Source: a bacterium
GTDB lineage: Bacteria; Patescibacteriota; Dojkabacteria; JAKAPS01; JAJZLI01
Assembly: GCA_021785355.1 (NCBI GenBank)
Contig: JAJYFR010000001.1
Location: forward strand, 1,003-65,002
Length of the DNA stretch: 64,000 nt
Direction: 5' to 3'
Part shown: one piece after another, positions 27,904 through 37,764 of the stretch
Numbering within the stretch: position 1 is the first letter of the stretch
How the letters are laid out: every line of letters starts with the position of its first letter
The notes under the pieces: model-generated
Database searches by the model: none
What the model saw: only the letters and a program-made list of their open reading frames with translations
What the model was told of the DNA's origin: nothing
Made by a program: the position numbers and the translations under genes

Positions 27904-27932
27904 TTGACAAAAACTATAGGTTTCTATACAAT
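27904..27932 (+). promoter_or_regulatory. Sigma70-like promoter TTGACA-17-TACAAT with the same TTGACAAAAACTATAGG extension as at 1008
   Basis: TTGACA at 27904..27909 and TACAAT at 27927..27932, about 30 nt upstream of the ATG at 27963. Confidence 0.4.
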
Positions 27933-27962
27933 ATTATTTAATTAAATCATTTTATAATATAT

Positions 27963-28502
27963 ATGCAAAATTTTGAAACAATACAATCTCCTCTTGCAGA
28001 GAGAAACTCTTCTTTAAAAATTCCTGATATTAATGAATTTAGTGATAATGAATCAAAAGGTATAAGAGCTGAGGATGCTTTTGAATTTATGAAGAATGGA
28101 AATCCAAATCTATATGACCTTATAACAGGAATAAGAGAAAACAGTGACCTTAATCTCAAAGAATTACATAAATATACTGAAAATAATAATAAATATACAG
28201 ATTTTATTATAGGTGTTGGACTTACATATGATAATATAGCTATAAAATTAAAGGGAAAAGTTCCTGCATTATCAGTTTTTGATATAGAAAAAATAAAAAA
28301 TTCTTCTACTTTTAAAGGAATTAAAGAATATTTTAATAGCATGAGTACAGAAAGTAACTCAATAAACTCTATTAAAGAAACAATAAAAACAAAAAATTCT
28401 GTAACTTATGATACTATAGATAATTCTCTAGAGTCTGAGGAAGAAAAAATAGGAGCATTATTAGTTTTTGCTATATTAAAAACTACAGAGAGTAGAAATT
28501 AA
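27963..28502 (+). CDS. Hypothetical hydrophilic protein
   Basis: 179 aa with its promoter directly upstream. The overlapping minus-strand ORF 27947..28342 is low-complexity and is rejected. Confidence 0.5.
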   Translation: MQNFETIQSPLAERNSSLKIPDINEFSDNESKGIRAEDAFEFMKNGNPNLYDLITGIRENSDLNLKELHKYTENNNKYTDFIIGVGLTYDNIAIKLKGKVPALSVFDIEKIKNSSTFKGIKEYFNSMSTESNSINSIKETIKTKNSVTYDTIDNSLESEEEKIGALLVFAILKTTESRN

Positions 28503-28659
28503 CATATACACTTCTTAATAATTTAAATTAATTTATTATATAAATATTTGAAGAAATCATTATAATTAAATGATATAATCATTTTTATATGAAAATAGCA
28601 GTATTAACTCCAACATTTTCAAAATTTTCTGGTATAGATTAGGTTTATAAAAATAAATC

Positions 28660-29841
28660 ATGAAAAAAAATAAAATATTATTTGTATTACAACGTTTTTA
28701 CCCCTCAGTTGGCGGAACTCAGAATTATAGTTTTCTGTATGCAAAAGAACTTACAAAATTAGGATATGACGTTGATATAGTTACTACAGATTCATTAGAT
28801 AATTTAGATGTTAGGGGTTTTTCTTCAGGAAGAAGATTTACTTTTAAGAGTAAAAATAATAAATTATTAAAAAAAGAAACAATAGGAGGTATTAATATCT
28901 TTAGATTCTCTCCCATATTTCAATTTTTTACAGTAATGATAAATCCTTCCATGTTTTTTTTCTTACTTTTAAATATACAAAAATATTATATTGTCCATAC
29001 ATATTGTTATATGTATGCTGAACCTGATATGGTATCCGTCATTTCACTTATATTTAGAAATATAAAGATTGTTCATTCTCCCCAAGACATAGATGTTCCT
29101 TTTGAAGGATTTTTAAAAAAATTAAAAGAAACATTTTATGATAAATCTTTTGGCAGGTTAACTCTAAAAAGATCTTCAAAAATAATTGTATTAACTAATG
29201 AATTAAAAAAAAGAGTAAAAAAAATGAATATAGAATCAGGAAAGATAGAGATACTACCCATTGGTATAGATTTTAATAATTATAAAACAACTAATAATAA
29301 TAAGTCTATAGATATTTTATTTGTAGGTAGATTAACCGAATATAAGGGAGCCCAATATATAATAAAAACATTAGAGATGTTAAAAAATGATGGAATATTC
29401 CCAAATACTTTAATTATTGGAAAAGATTATGGATATAAAAATATTCTTGAAAAAAATATTGAAGATTATGAATTACAGAATATATCAATAAATACAAATG
29501 TTAGAGATAAAGATTTAATAAATTTTTACAGATCAAGTAAATTCTTTATATTTCCTTCATCAGGTGAAGGTTTTGGAGGTGTAGTTTTGGAAGCAATTAG
29601 CGGTGGTTGTTACCCTATTTTATTAAAAGAAAAAGGACTTAAAGATTTACTTGGTAATATAGGTGGATATTCTATAGATAAAGATAAAGATATATCTAAA
29701 CAAATATATATGTTTTTAAAAGAAAATCACACTAAAGATTTTTCTAATGAAGTTACAGTGTTACAAAATATAGTTAAAAAAGATTATAATTGGACAAATA
29801 TTGCAAAAAAATTAGTTCAAATTTATGAAAAAATACAATAA
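28660..29841 (+). CDS. Glycosyltransferase family 4 (GT-B, group 1)
   Basis: 393 aa. The N-terminal VGGTQNY and C-terminal FPSSGEGFGGVVLEAISGGCYPI (EX7E) motifs. Confidence 0.8.
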   Translation: MKKNKILFVLQRFYPSVGGTQNYSFLYAKELTKLGYDVDIVTTDSLDNLDVRGFSSGRRFTFKSKNNKLLKKETIGGINIFRFSPIFQFFTVMINPSMFFFLLLNIQKYYIVHTYCYMYAEPDMVSVISLIFRNIKIVHSPQDIDVPFEGFLKKLKETFYDKSFGRLTLKRSSKIIVLTNELKKRVKKMNIESGKIEILPIGIDFNNYKTTNNNKSIDILFVGRLTEYKGAQYIIKTLEMLKNDGIFPNTLIIGKDYGYKNILEKNIEDYELQNISINTNVRDKDLINFYRSSKFFIFPSSGEGFGGVVLEAISGGCYPILLKEKGLKDLLGNIGGYSIDKDKDISKQIYMFLKENHTKDFSNEVTVLQNIVKKDYNWTNIAKKLVQIYEKIQ

Positions 29842-30985
29842 TAAAAGAGATAAGGTTGGCAGTTTAAAAGTATGTATTATACATAATATTGTTTCTCCTT
29901 ATAGATTACCTTTATTTGAAGAATTAAATAAAAATGTAAACTTGACTGTGTATTTTTGTAAATCTATCACAAAAGATAGAGTATGGAAGTTTGATCTAGG
30001 TGAGTATAATTTTAAATATGATATTCTTAGAGGATTTTCTTTCGGCCCAATTATTATAAACACAAATGCTCTGTGGAAATTAATAAAAACTAATTTTGAT
30101 GTTGTTATTATTAATAGTGATCCAGATGTAGCTCCGATAGTTTTTATGGCGTTTATATTATCAAAATTACGTAGAAAAAAAATTATTTTATGGTCTGAGG
30201 CTATTAATAAAGAGGTACATTTTTTTCCTAGCTTAGTATATGGTAATACTAATGCTTTTAATAAAATAATACTGTACTTACTGACTTTTTTTATTACCAA
30301 ATATAGGAAAATATATCTACGTGGGGCTGATCATTTTTTAGCATTTAGTAATAAAGCTAGGGAATTTTTGATAGAGAATAAAGTAAGTGTAGAAAAGATT
30401 ACTCGTACATATGAAATTATACCACTAGATCAGTTACCTGAACATAGTAAAAAATTTGTAAGGAATGGTAAAACATTTATATATGTAGGGTATCTCATTC
30501 CTCGTAAGAACATTCAATTACTAATAAGGGCATTTAAAAAAATTGATGATAATAAAGCTAAATTATATATAGTTGGAACTGGACCATCTGAAATTCAACT
30601 AAAGAAATTATCTAAGAATGATAATAGAATTATATTTACTGGAAATAAAGAAGGAGTAGATAAATCAAATTTATATGCCACTTCTGATATATTAGTTTTA
30701 CCTTCACTGGATGACTCTTGGGGACTAGTTGTTAATGAGGCAATACATTATGGTCTTGGAGTAATCACTTCTGATACAATAGGTGCAACAGAATTAATTG
30801 ATACAAACACAGGCTTGATTTTTAAATCTAATAATCTAGAACAATTATATTCTGCAATGACTGAACTAATTAATGACAAAAAAAAACTTAAATCTATGCA
30901 AGAACACAATTTAGGGAATAGTGGAGTATCTGATATAAAAAAAGCTTCCAAAGGCTTTTTGAGAGCAATTTGTAAGGTATTATGA
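29825..30985 (+). CDS. Glycosyltransferase family 4
   Basis: 386 aa. LPSLDDSWGLVVNEAIHYGLGVI is an EX7E-like motif. The start overlaps the upstream gene by 17 nt, suggesting an operon. Confidence 0.8.
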   Translation: MKKYNNKRDKVGSLKVCIIHNIVSPYRLPLFEELNKNVNLTVYFCKSITKDRVWKFDLGEYNFKYDILRGFSFGPIIINTNALWKLIKTNFDVVIINSDPDVAPIVFMAFILSKLRRKKIILWSEAINKEVHFFPSLVYGNTNAFNKIILYLLTFFITKYRKIYLRGADHFLAFSNKAREFLIENKVSVEKITRTYEIIPLDQLPEHSKKFVRNGKTFIYVGYLIPRKNIQLLIRAFKKIDDNKAKLYIVGTGPSEIQLKKLSKNDNRIIFTGNKEGVDKSNLYATSDILVLPSLDDSWGLVVNEAIHYGLGVITSDTIGATELIDTNTGLIFKSNNLEQLYSAMTELINDKKKLKSMQEHNLGNSGVSDIKKASKGFLRAICKVL

Positions 30986-31009
30986 TAATTAGTAATTGAC
31001 AAGAAATAT

Positions 31010-32209
31010 ATGACAAAAAATAAGATATTTATAGTTTCTACTGAATTTCCTGCACTGACAGGTGGAACTCCTGCAAGAAATTTTAATCTTATAAACCAAA
31101 TAGCAAAAAATAAGTTTTCAGTATCTCTTTTTAGTGTTTTTGATAAAAAATCAGAACCTTTTTTAAATTCTACAAAAAAAAAATTAAATATTCCTATTTA
31201 TACAAAAAAAAAGATATCTTTTAATTTATTTAAGAAAATATATATATCTATTATAAAAAGAGTAGTCCCTTATATGGAAGAATTTAATGATTTAGATTTC
31301 AAAACTTTCATTTTAAAAAAAATAGAAGAAGAAAAACCTTCTATTTTGCAGTTAGAACAATTAAATGCATATTTTATGATGAAAGATCATATTCCATACC
31401 TTAAAGATAAAGGAATCAAAATTATCCTCGATGCACATAATATAGAAGAAATAGCATTAAAAGGGGCTATCTCTTCTTTTGGTTTTATTAAAAGAAATGT
31501 AGCAATGCGGATCCTCCCAAATTTGAAAAAAATAGAAAAAGAAGCTTTTGAATATGTGGATTTAATTTTTGCATGTTCTGATTATGATAAAAATATTATT
31601 GCAAGAATAGTGAGTTCTTCAAAAGTAGTGGTTATCCCTAATGGCGCAGATATTTCTTATTTTACTCTTGAGAAAAAACCAAAAAAACAGTCTTTGATTT
31701 TTATGGGAGGGTGTAATTATCCTCCTAATGAAGAAGCTCTAAAATTTTATTTTTCTCGAATTCATGAAGAAATAAAAAAAATATACAATATAAAAATATA
31801 TGTTTTATGCGGAAAACCTCCTAACTGGTTATCTATATTAGCAAAAACTGACAAGAGTATTATATTGCCAGGATTTGTGCCTGATGTAAGACAATATATA
31901 CATAAAGCATCAATTGGTATTTGTCCTATTATTTCAGGTTCAGGTACTCGTCTTAAAATACTAGAGTATATGAGTTGTGGAAAACCAGTTATTTCTACAA
32001 GCAAAGGAGCTGAAGGAATACAAGTTGAAGATAAAAAGAATATAATTATTGCAGATACTGTTAGCACTTTTATTGAAGCAGTAAATTTACTTTTTACTAA
32101 TGCTAATATATTTGATAGATATAGTAAAGAAGCCAGAAAGCTTATAGAACTAGAGTATGATTGGGATATAGTTGGTAAAAAATTACAAAATATTTATAAA
32201 CATATATGA
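31010..32209 (+). CDS. Glycosyltransferase family 4
   Basis: 399 aa. TGGTPARNF at the N-terminus and a C-terminal GT-B Rossmann domain containing PIISGSGTRLKILEYMSCGKPVIST. Confidence 0.75.
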   Translation: MTKNKIFIVSTEFPALTGGTPARNFNLINQIAKNKFSVSLFSVFDKKSEPFLNSTKKKLNIPIYTKKKISFNLFKKIYISIIKRVVPYMEEFNDLDFKTFILKKIEEEKPSILQLEQLNAYFMMKDHIPYLKDKGIKIILDAHNIEEIALKGAISSFGFIKRNVAMRILPNLKKIEKEAFEYVDLIFACSDYDKNIIARIVSSSKVVVIPNGADISYFTLEKKPKKQSLIFMGGCNYPPNEEALKFYFSRIHEEIKKIYNIKIYVLCGKPPNWLSILAKTDKSIILPGFVPDVRQYIHKASIGICPIISGSGTRLKILEYMSCGKPVISTSKGAEGIQVEDKKNIIIADTVSTFIEAVNLLFTNANIFDRYSKEARKLIELEYDWDIVGKKLQNIYKHI

Positions 32210-32215
32210 TATAAT

Positions 32216-33385
32216 GTGCATATCCAGTTTTATAAATTTATTAATGTGAAAAAATCTATTTTAATAATTTCAGATTCAACCATATTCGGCGGAGCTGAGA
32301 AAAACTTATACTTATTACTCAAATTTTTAGATAAAACTAAATTTAATCTTACCTTGGCATGTACAGATTCTAAAGGAACAGAAATTCTATTAGATAAAAT
32401 AAAAGATTTAAAAGTGAAAATTGTTAGATTTCCAGCCGCAAGATATAGAGAGTTTGATATTAGAACTACATATGAACTTATAAAAATAATATATAATATT
32501 GAACCCGATATAGTATATGTAAATTTTGTACATCATTATGATTGTAAACCTGTTATGTTTTCTATATTTCCTTTTTTTAGGAAATTTGCAGTTATTGCAG
32601 CTGAACAATTAGTCCCAAATGAGGATGAAGTTAATATTTTCAAGAGAAAATTAAATCACCTTTGGATTTATATTATTGATAAATATATTACTATATTTAT
32701 TATGGTATCTAATAAAAATAAGGAAACTTTTATAAATAAGTTCCACATAAAAAATAAAAAAATTAAAGTAATTAAAAATTCTATAGAAATAAAAAGATTT
32801 AAAAAGAATAATATTTTTAGAAAAGAGATGAATTTTAAAAAAGAAGATAGAATAATAGTTACTATTGCCAGGTTAACTTCTCAGAAAGGGCATATATACT
32901 TAATAAAAGCAATAAAAAAATTGGTGAAAAAATATAGAGATTTAAAATTTATTTTTGTTGGTGAAGGAGAAATTGAATTTATTTTAAAAAAAATAATAAA
33001 AGAGTACTTTTTAGATAACAAAATATTTTTTTTAGGATTTCGAGAAGATATTGATAATATATTAAACTCTTCAGATATATTTATACTTCCATCTCTTTAT
33101 GAAGGTTTGCCTCTCTCTATTTTAGAGGCAATGGAACATTCTTTGCCAGTAATTGCAACGAATGTTGATGGAAATGCAGAAGTTATACAAGATAAATATA
33201 ATGGATACTTGGTTAAAAAAAAGAGTGTTAACGGTTTGTATAATTCAATATCAAAATTATTAGATAATTACGATATTGAATCTCAATATTTAGGATGTAA
33301 TGCTTTTTTGACATTGAAAAAAGATTTTAATATAAAGAAAAATATTAAAATCTTTGAAGAATTATTTCTTTCTTTAAATTCATAA
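32216..33385 (+). CDS. Glycosyltransferase family 4
   Basis: 389 aa. FGGAEKN at the N-terminus and LPSLYEGLPLSILEAMEHSLPVIAT (EX7E). It begins with GTG at 32216; a second GTG at 32246 is an alternative start. Confidence 0.75.
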   Translation: MHIQFYKFINVKKSILIISDSTIFGGAEKNLYLLLKFLDKTKFNLTLACTDSKGTEILLDKIKDLKVKIVRFPAARYREFDIRTTYELIKIIYNIEPDIVYVNFVHHYDCKPVMFSIFPFFRKFAVIAAEQLVPNEDEVNIFKRKLNHLWIYIIDKYITIFIMVSNKNKETFINKFHIKNKKIKVIKNSIEIKRFKKNNIFRKEMNFKKEDRIIVTIARLTSQKGHIYLIKAIKKLVKKYRDLKFIFVGEGEIEFILKKIIKEYFLDNKIFFLGFREDIDNILNSSDIFILPSLYEGLPLSILEAMEHSLPVIATNVDGNAEVIQDKYNGYLVKKKSVNGLYNSISKLLDNYDIESQYLGCNAFLTLKKDFNIKKNIKIFEELFLSLNS

Positions 33386-33538
33386 TATATAGTTTAGAAC
33401 AATTTTTAATTTGAAATAAAATCTATTATATATTATAAAAGAACTGTAAATTGGGACTAAAATTGATTTATCAAATATTCCTGTTTGAACAACAATATAT
33501 TAATTATTTATAAAAAATATTAAGTAATAAAGAATTCT

Positions 33539-34423
33539 ATGTTAATAAATGATGAAATTTGTGCAATTATTGTCACATATAATCCAGGTAAAGAGGTTGT
33601 ATTTAATGTAAAGGAGTTGTATAGGCAAATAAAAACAATAGTTATTGTTGATAATGGATCCATATCTATTAGTAAAAAATATATAGAACAAATTGGAGAT
33701 TTATATAAATGTAAAATTATATATAATGGTGAAAATTTGGGTATAGCTACAGCACTTAATATTGGGGTAAAATATGCAATTAAGAATGGTTATAAATGGG
33801 TTGCTACTTTTGATCAAGATAGTACAGTAACCCAAAATATGATTAAAGTCATGGAAAATGTATATAAAGCTTTTCCTGAGAAAGAAACATTAGCAATTAT
33901 ATCTCCAAAACATATACAAAAAAAATTATTTAAAGAAGATATAATGCTATCAATTAAAAATTCATCTAGGTATCACATACAAATTCCTGTAATGGCATCA
34001 GGAAATATTATAAGAATTGATATATTCAAAGATGTTGGATTTTTCAACGATGACTTATTTATTGATTATGTAGATTATGAATTTTGCTTTAGATGTAAAA
34101 TTAAGGGATATCTGATATTAGAAGCAGATGATGCAATTTTAAAACATCATTCAGGAAATCTAAAAACTCATTTATTTATGGGGAAGAAATTTACTGTAGC
34201 AAACTATAGTTATATTAGGAGGTATTATATATCTAGAAATAAGATATATATATATAAGAAGTATGGTAAATTTTTCCCAAAATTTATGTTGCTGCATGCA
34301 TTAGATTCAATAAAGGAAATTGTAGGAATCATATTTTTTGAAAAAAATAAAGCAAAAAAATTTATATATATAATTAAAGGCATAAATGATGGTGTGAAAA
34401 ATAAATTTGGAAAAATGCTATAA
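33539..34423 (+). CDS. Glycosyltransferase family 2 (rhamnosyltransferase/WbbL-like)
   Basis: 294 aa. ICAIIVTYNPG and VDNGS, with DQD as the DxD motif. Confidence 0.8.
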   Translation: MLINDEICAIIVTYNPGKEVVFNVKELYRQIKTIVIVDNGSISISKKYIEQIGDLYKCKIIYNGENLGIATALNIGVKYAIKNGYKWVATFDQDSTVTQNMIKVMENVYKAFPEKETLAIISPKHIQKKLFKEDIMLSIKNSSRYHIQIPVMASGNIIRIDIFKDVGFFNDDLFIDYVDYEFCFRCKIKGYLILEADDAILKHHSGNLKTHLFMGKKFTVANYSYIRRYYISRNKIYIYKKYGKFFPKFMLLHALDSIKEIVGIIFFEKNKAKKFIYIIKGINDGVKNKFGKML

Positions 34424-34501
34424 GGATGATATTATAAATTATTAAAGTAAGTATATTTCTTAGAAGAATAAAAAGAGGAGCTTATCTATCCTGATGCTAT
34501 T

Positions 34502-34690
34502 ATGCTTATAGGAGCAGGAGACCCTTGGAATAGTAAAGAGAATGAAGAAAGACCATATTCTATAGCATTGGCAGCTTTTATTGTATCAGAAGCTTTCTTA
34601 GCAAAAGAAAAATTGAATTGGAATCCTGAAATTTTATTAAAAGAGGGGTTAATAAAAACTATTGCATATTTTGAGAAAATTACAAAATAA
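34502..34690 (+). pseudogene. Chimeric gene remnant: a paralogous fragment of the N-terminus of 37765..38556 fused to the C-terminal tail of an NAD-dependent sugar epimerase/dehydratase
   Basis: A 39-nt stretch, cctgatgctattatgcttataggagcaggagacccttgg, matches 37792..37830 with 2 mismatches. The C-terminal LNWNPEILLKEGLIKTIAYFEK matches the conserved LGWKP..LEEGL..TI.WF tail of extended SDR epimerases. At only 62 aa it cannot be functional. Confidence 0.4.
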
Positions 34691-34840
34691 AAATATTTAA
34701 TAAGGTTATTAGATTCCGGTAGAATTTATAAAGTCATAACAATTACCTCATATATGATCTCTTTTTTCTATATCATCCTATACATTCTTCTTTATAAATG
34801 AGGTATAATCAAGATATTAAAATAAACAGGATTTGAAGAC

Positions 34841-35545
34841 TTGGGGAATTTTATAAATGGCTTTACTTTTTCTATTTTTGATATATTCTCATATATTTTT
34901 CCTGGAGGGCTATTACTTTTTTTCTTATCCACGTTTTTTTCATCTAATCAATATGATCTATTTTCTCAGTACTATATATTTATACTGATAGCATCTTACT
35001 TTGTGGGGCAATTTATTCATCAGATCTCCACAATATTTAATAATTGGATAGAAAATTACGCATGGGTACACAAAAAAGATACTTCTTGCTCTATAAAAAA
35101 TTTTATTGTTTGTTTATTCTATCCGAATATTAGAGATACTATTTTAATGCATGAAGATGCAAACAAAAAGTTGAAAGGTGTTAGTAAGTATGGATATTTG
35201 AGTCTATATTATATTAAGGAGGTTATTGTAGAACAAAATCCAACCTTTAATAGTTCATTTGGGTACCTAGAGTATTTGAAAATATTTAATGAATCTACAG
35301 GTATAATATTTTTGATATTTGGATGGGTTTATTTTAGTTTTTCTCTATTTACTAAATTAAATATTCATTTGTTTAGTATGAAATTATATATATCTTTCTA
35401 TCATGGATTAATAATACTACTGATTTTTGTTTTCATTTCTATAATTTTTATTAGAAGGAGTACATTTTTCAAAAACAGTAAAAGATCGATTATTGATGCT
35501 TATATTATCTCTCTGTATGATTTGAATGGTAAGGTGAAGAAGTGA
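34841..35545 (+). CDS. Hypothetical polytopic membrane protein
   Basis: 234 aa with several hydrophobic helices. Confidence 0.5.
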   Translation: MGNFINGFTFSIFDIFSYIFPGGLLLFFLSTFFSSNQYDLFSQYYIFILIASYFVGQFIHQISTIFNNWIENYAWVHKKDTSCSIKNFIVCLFYPNIRDTILMHEDANKKLKGVSKYGYLSLYYIKEVIVEQNPTFNSSFGYLEYLKIFNESTGIIFLIFGWVYFSFSLFTKLNIHLFSMKLYISFYHGLIILLIFVFISIIFIRRSTFFKNSKRSIIDAYIISLYDLNGKVKK

Positions 35546-35676
35546 ATACAATTATATTATTTGTTGATATTTGTTATGTCAGTTAGTCAAAATGTTAATC
35601 TTAAAATATACTTTTTTATAAAGGAAAATATTATCATACACATAATCTAACAGAAGCTAATAAAGGAGATATTTAT

Positions 35677-35904
35677 TTGTCTTCAAATGTAACAGGAAAA
35701 ACAAACTTTATAGGAGATGGTATTATTCCAATTAATCTTAGAACGAATAAATTTGTAGTAAATTATAGTGCAAATAAAATAAAAGAGGGTGTTTATCCTG
35801 AACATTTTGTACACCACATTTCTGGAATATCTAGCACTAAAGTTTTCTCTAGTATTGGCAATAAGAAGATATTTTTTCATCAAGACAGAAAAAACATTTT
35901 TTAA
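35677..35904 (+). CDS. Small hypothetical protein (weak)
   Basis: 75-aa ORF. An antisense ORF of similar size overlaps it, so coding status is uncertain. Confidence 0.25.
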   Translation: MSSNVTGKTNFIGDGIIPINLRTNKFVVNYSANKIKEGVYPEHFVHHISGISSTKVFSSIGNKKIFFHQDRKNIF

Positions 35905-35927
35905 AAGATTTAAAGAATGAAAACTAT

Positions 35928-36305
35928 GTGGGGAATCTATGGACTACTATCCCAACGGAATTTAAAAGATATAAAAATGTTAATGATGTTGATTACAAAA
36001 ATCCATACTTAGTTATACCTATAGAAAATCCATGCTACTTCAATATACTTTTAGTTGGTAAATCAGTTACTAATATTAATATATATGGTGTTACCCCACA
36101 TATTTTTCAAGGATTGAAGATTAATAATTTTAGTTTTATTATAGCAGTATATACTAGTAATAACTTTAAGATATTTCCAACAGTGGAATTTAATTTAAAC
36201 TTTGGCACGAATATATATCCAATGGTTGATGAAATGAATGACACATGTTCTAAGGAGCATATTCTGTATCAACAAAACAGTATACCTGCTATAAATCTTG
36301 GATAA
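35928..36305 (+). CDS. Hypothetical protein
   Basis: 125-aa ORF. Confidence 0.35.
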   Translation: MGNLWTTIPTEFKRYKNVNDVDYKNPYLVIPIENPCYFNILLVGKSVTNINIYGVTPHIFQGLKINNFSFIIAVYTSNNFKIFPTVEFNLNFGTNIYPMVDEMNDTCSKEHILYQQNSIPAINLG

Positions 36306-36554
36306 GAACAAGTATAAAAAGTCAAATTTAGTAAAAGTTATAGTTTATGAATTACATATGTTTATATTGAAGGAATGGAGGGTTTAAATATTATTTTTAG
36401 TTTTATGAGAGATATTATAATCTTCTGCTTCAAATATTATAGTAGGTCTAATCTTTATGGTTAGCCAATCAGATGCATATTTGTATACATTTCTATTTGC
36501 CATGATTGCAAGTTTAATCGTATTTAGAGTTTTTAAAATTAAAAAAATAATCTA

Positions 36555-37454
36555 TTATATTTTATCTAACCCTCCCATCTGATCTACAGCATTATATAAT
36601 TGTTTATAACAATTTGCCATTTTAGGATTATCTGGATTTAATTTCCCCACACTTTTTGTAGCTTTAGCAAGTTTTATAATAACTTGAGGAATCTCTTTTT
36701 CTGGAATTGTTTTTACTTGCAGGCCTCTGAAATTTGTAACAACACAACCTATTGCTCCAGGTAATCTTGCTACGTTTACTGATCCGTCCAAGGATAGGTA
36801 GGGGAGTTTCCATGTATAAGGATTATTAGGATCACCTACATATGCAAAACATCTAGCTGGAAGCTTATATTGTTTATTTAATAGCTCATCTGAATTTGTA
36901 TCAGTGCTGTCATATTTTCCTAAAACTTCTTTTTTAGAATTTTTAAAATCTATATTTATATTTTTTTCTTTATCTACTCCATTTACACTTATATAGTATA
37001 AATCTTCATGTGGTAAGTCTTCATCTAGGGATATAAAGATTCGTGGTTCTGTTAATCCTCCTTTAACATTTAGCATATAAAGTTTATTTCCATCAGATAT
37101 TCCTATTATTGAAACTTTTTGCTTATATGCATATCTGAGAGCTTGTGCTATATGTTTTTCTATTTGTTTCATATTCCAGCTAATACCTCCTGGTCTTTTT
37201 GCCTCAATTAGTATTCTTTTTACTCCAAGCTTTGTAATTTCTATATCAGCATAATCTATCTGATAATTTATATCTTTTATATCCCAATCTAATACTTCTG
37301 TAAAAAGATGAAATATTATATTTTCTGTAATTTTTTCAGGAGCTTTTCCAAATCTTTCTTGTTGAGAAAGGAGAGCTTTCCTTTTTTGTATAAACAAAGA
37401 CCAATTAGTATTTAGTCTTTCTATGAATTTTTTGTATTTTGCTTGGCTCTCCAT
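36555..37454 (-). CDS. PD-(D/E)xK nuclease-fold protein (HsdR-N/Mrr-like restriction endonuclease domain)
   Basis: 299 aa. DYADIEI...RILIEAKRPGG matches the D-x(n)-E-A-K core of HsdR N-terminal and Mrr-like nucleases. It is a solitary gene with no methyltransferase partner nearby. Confidence 0.45.
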   Translation of the reverse strand: MESQAKYKKFIERLNTNWSLFIQKRKALLSQQERFGKAPEKITENIIFHLFTEVLDWDIKDINYQIDYADIEITKLGVKRILIEAKRPGGISWNMKQIEKHIAQALRYAYKQKVSIIGISDGNKLYMLNVKGGLTEPRIFISLDEDLPHEDLYYISVNGVDKEKNINIDFKNSKKEVLGKYDSTDTNSDELLNKQYKLPARCFAYVGDPNNPYTWKLPYLSLDGSVNVARLPGAIGCVVTNFRGLQVKTIPEKEIPQVIIKLAKATKSVGKLNPDNPKMANCYKQLYNAVDQMGGLDKI

Positions 37455-37764
37455 GTATTTAGTTAATTATAAATCATATATTCATATTTATAAATCATTA
37501 AGGTATATATTTTATCTTTATTAAATTTAAGTTAGGAGATTAGAGTATGTTAGTAGTATAATTTATTATAAAAGTAAGTAATCTGATGAATAATAGAAAT
37601 ATTCAAGTATATACAATAGGAAAAACAAAAGATTTATATTCCTCTCATGGAGTACTAGGATGTTTTTCTTGTTTTTTCTTCTTCCTTTTTATAATTTTTA
37701 TCTTTATTCTAGGTCTTATATCTTTCATTCATTTATTATGATATGAATATAGAAAACTGTAATT

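Noticed and set aside
27947-28342. 131-aa minus-strand ORF overlapping the plus-strand gene 27963..28502
   Set aside because: The plus-strand ORF has a canonical promoter directly upstream and a hydrophilic, non-repetitive sequence. The minus-strand translation is low-complexity.
107-30300. Many short ORFs in the track lie antisense to or inside longer genes (e.g. 107..310, 1042..1365, 1561..1743, 1783..2166, 7335..7532, 8955..9140, 12902..13156, 14495..14803, 18086..18394, 24814..25044, 28725..28916, 29899..30300, 30748..31002, 31762..32067, 32408..32608, 44369..44695, 47962..48234, 49504..49701, 50635..50841, 54335..54660, 55389..55721, 55892..56122, 59376..59717).
   Set aside because: They are low-complexity translations with Leu/Ser/Phe-rich composition typical of antisense frames of AT-rich genes. 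They overlap well-supported genes with recognisable domains on the other strand.
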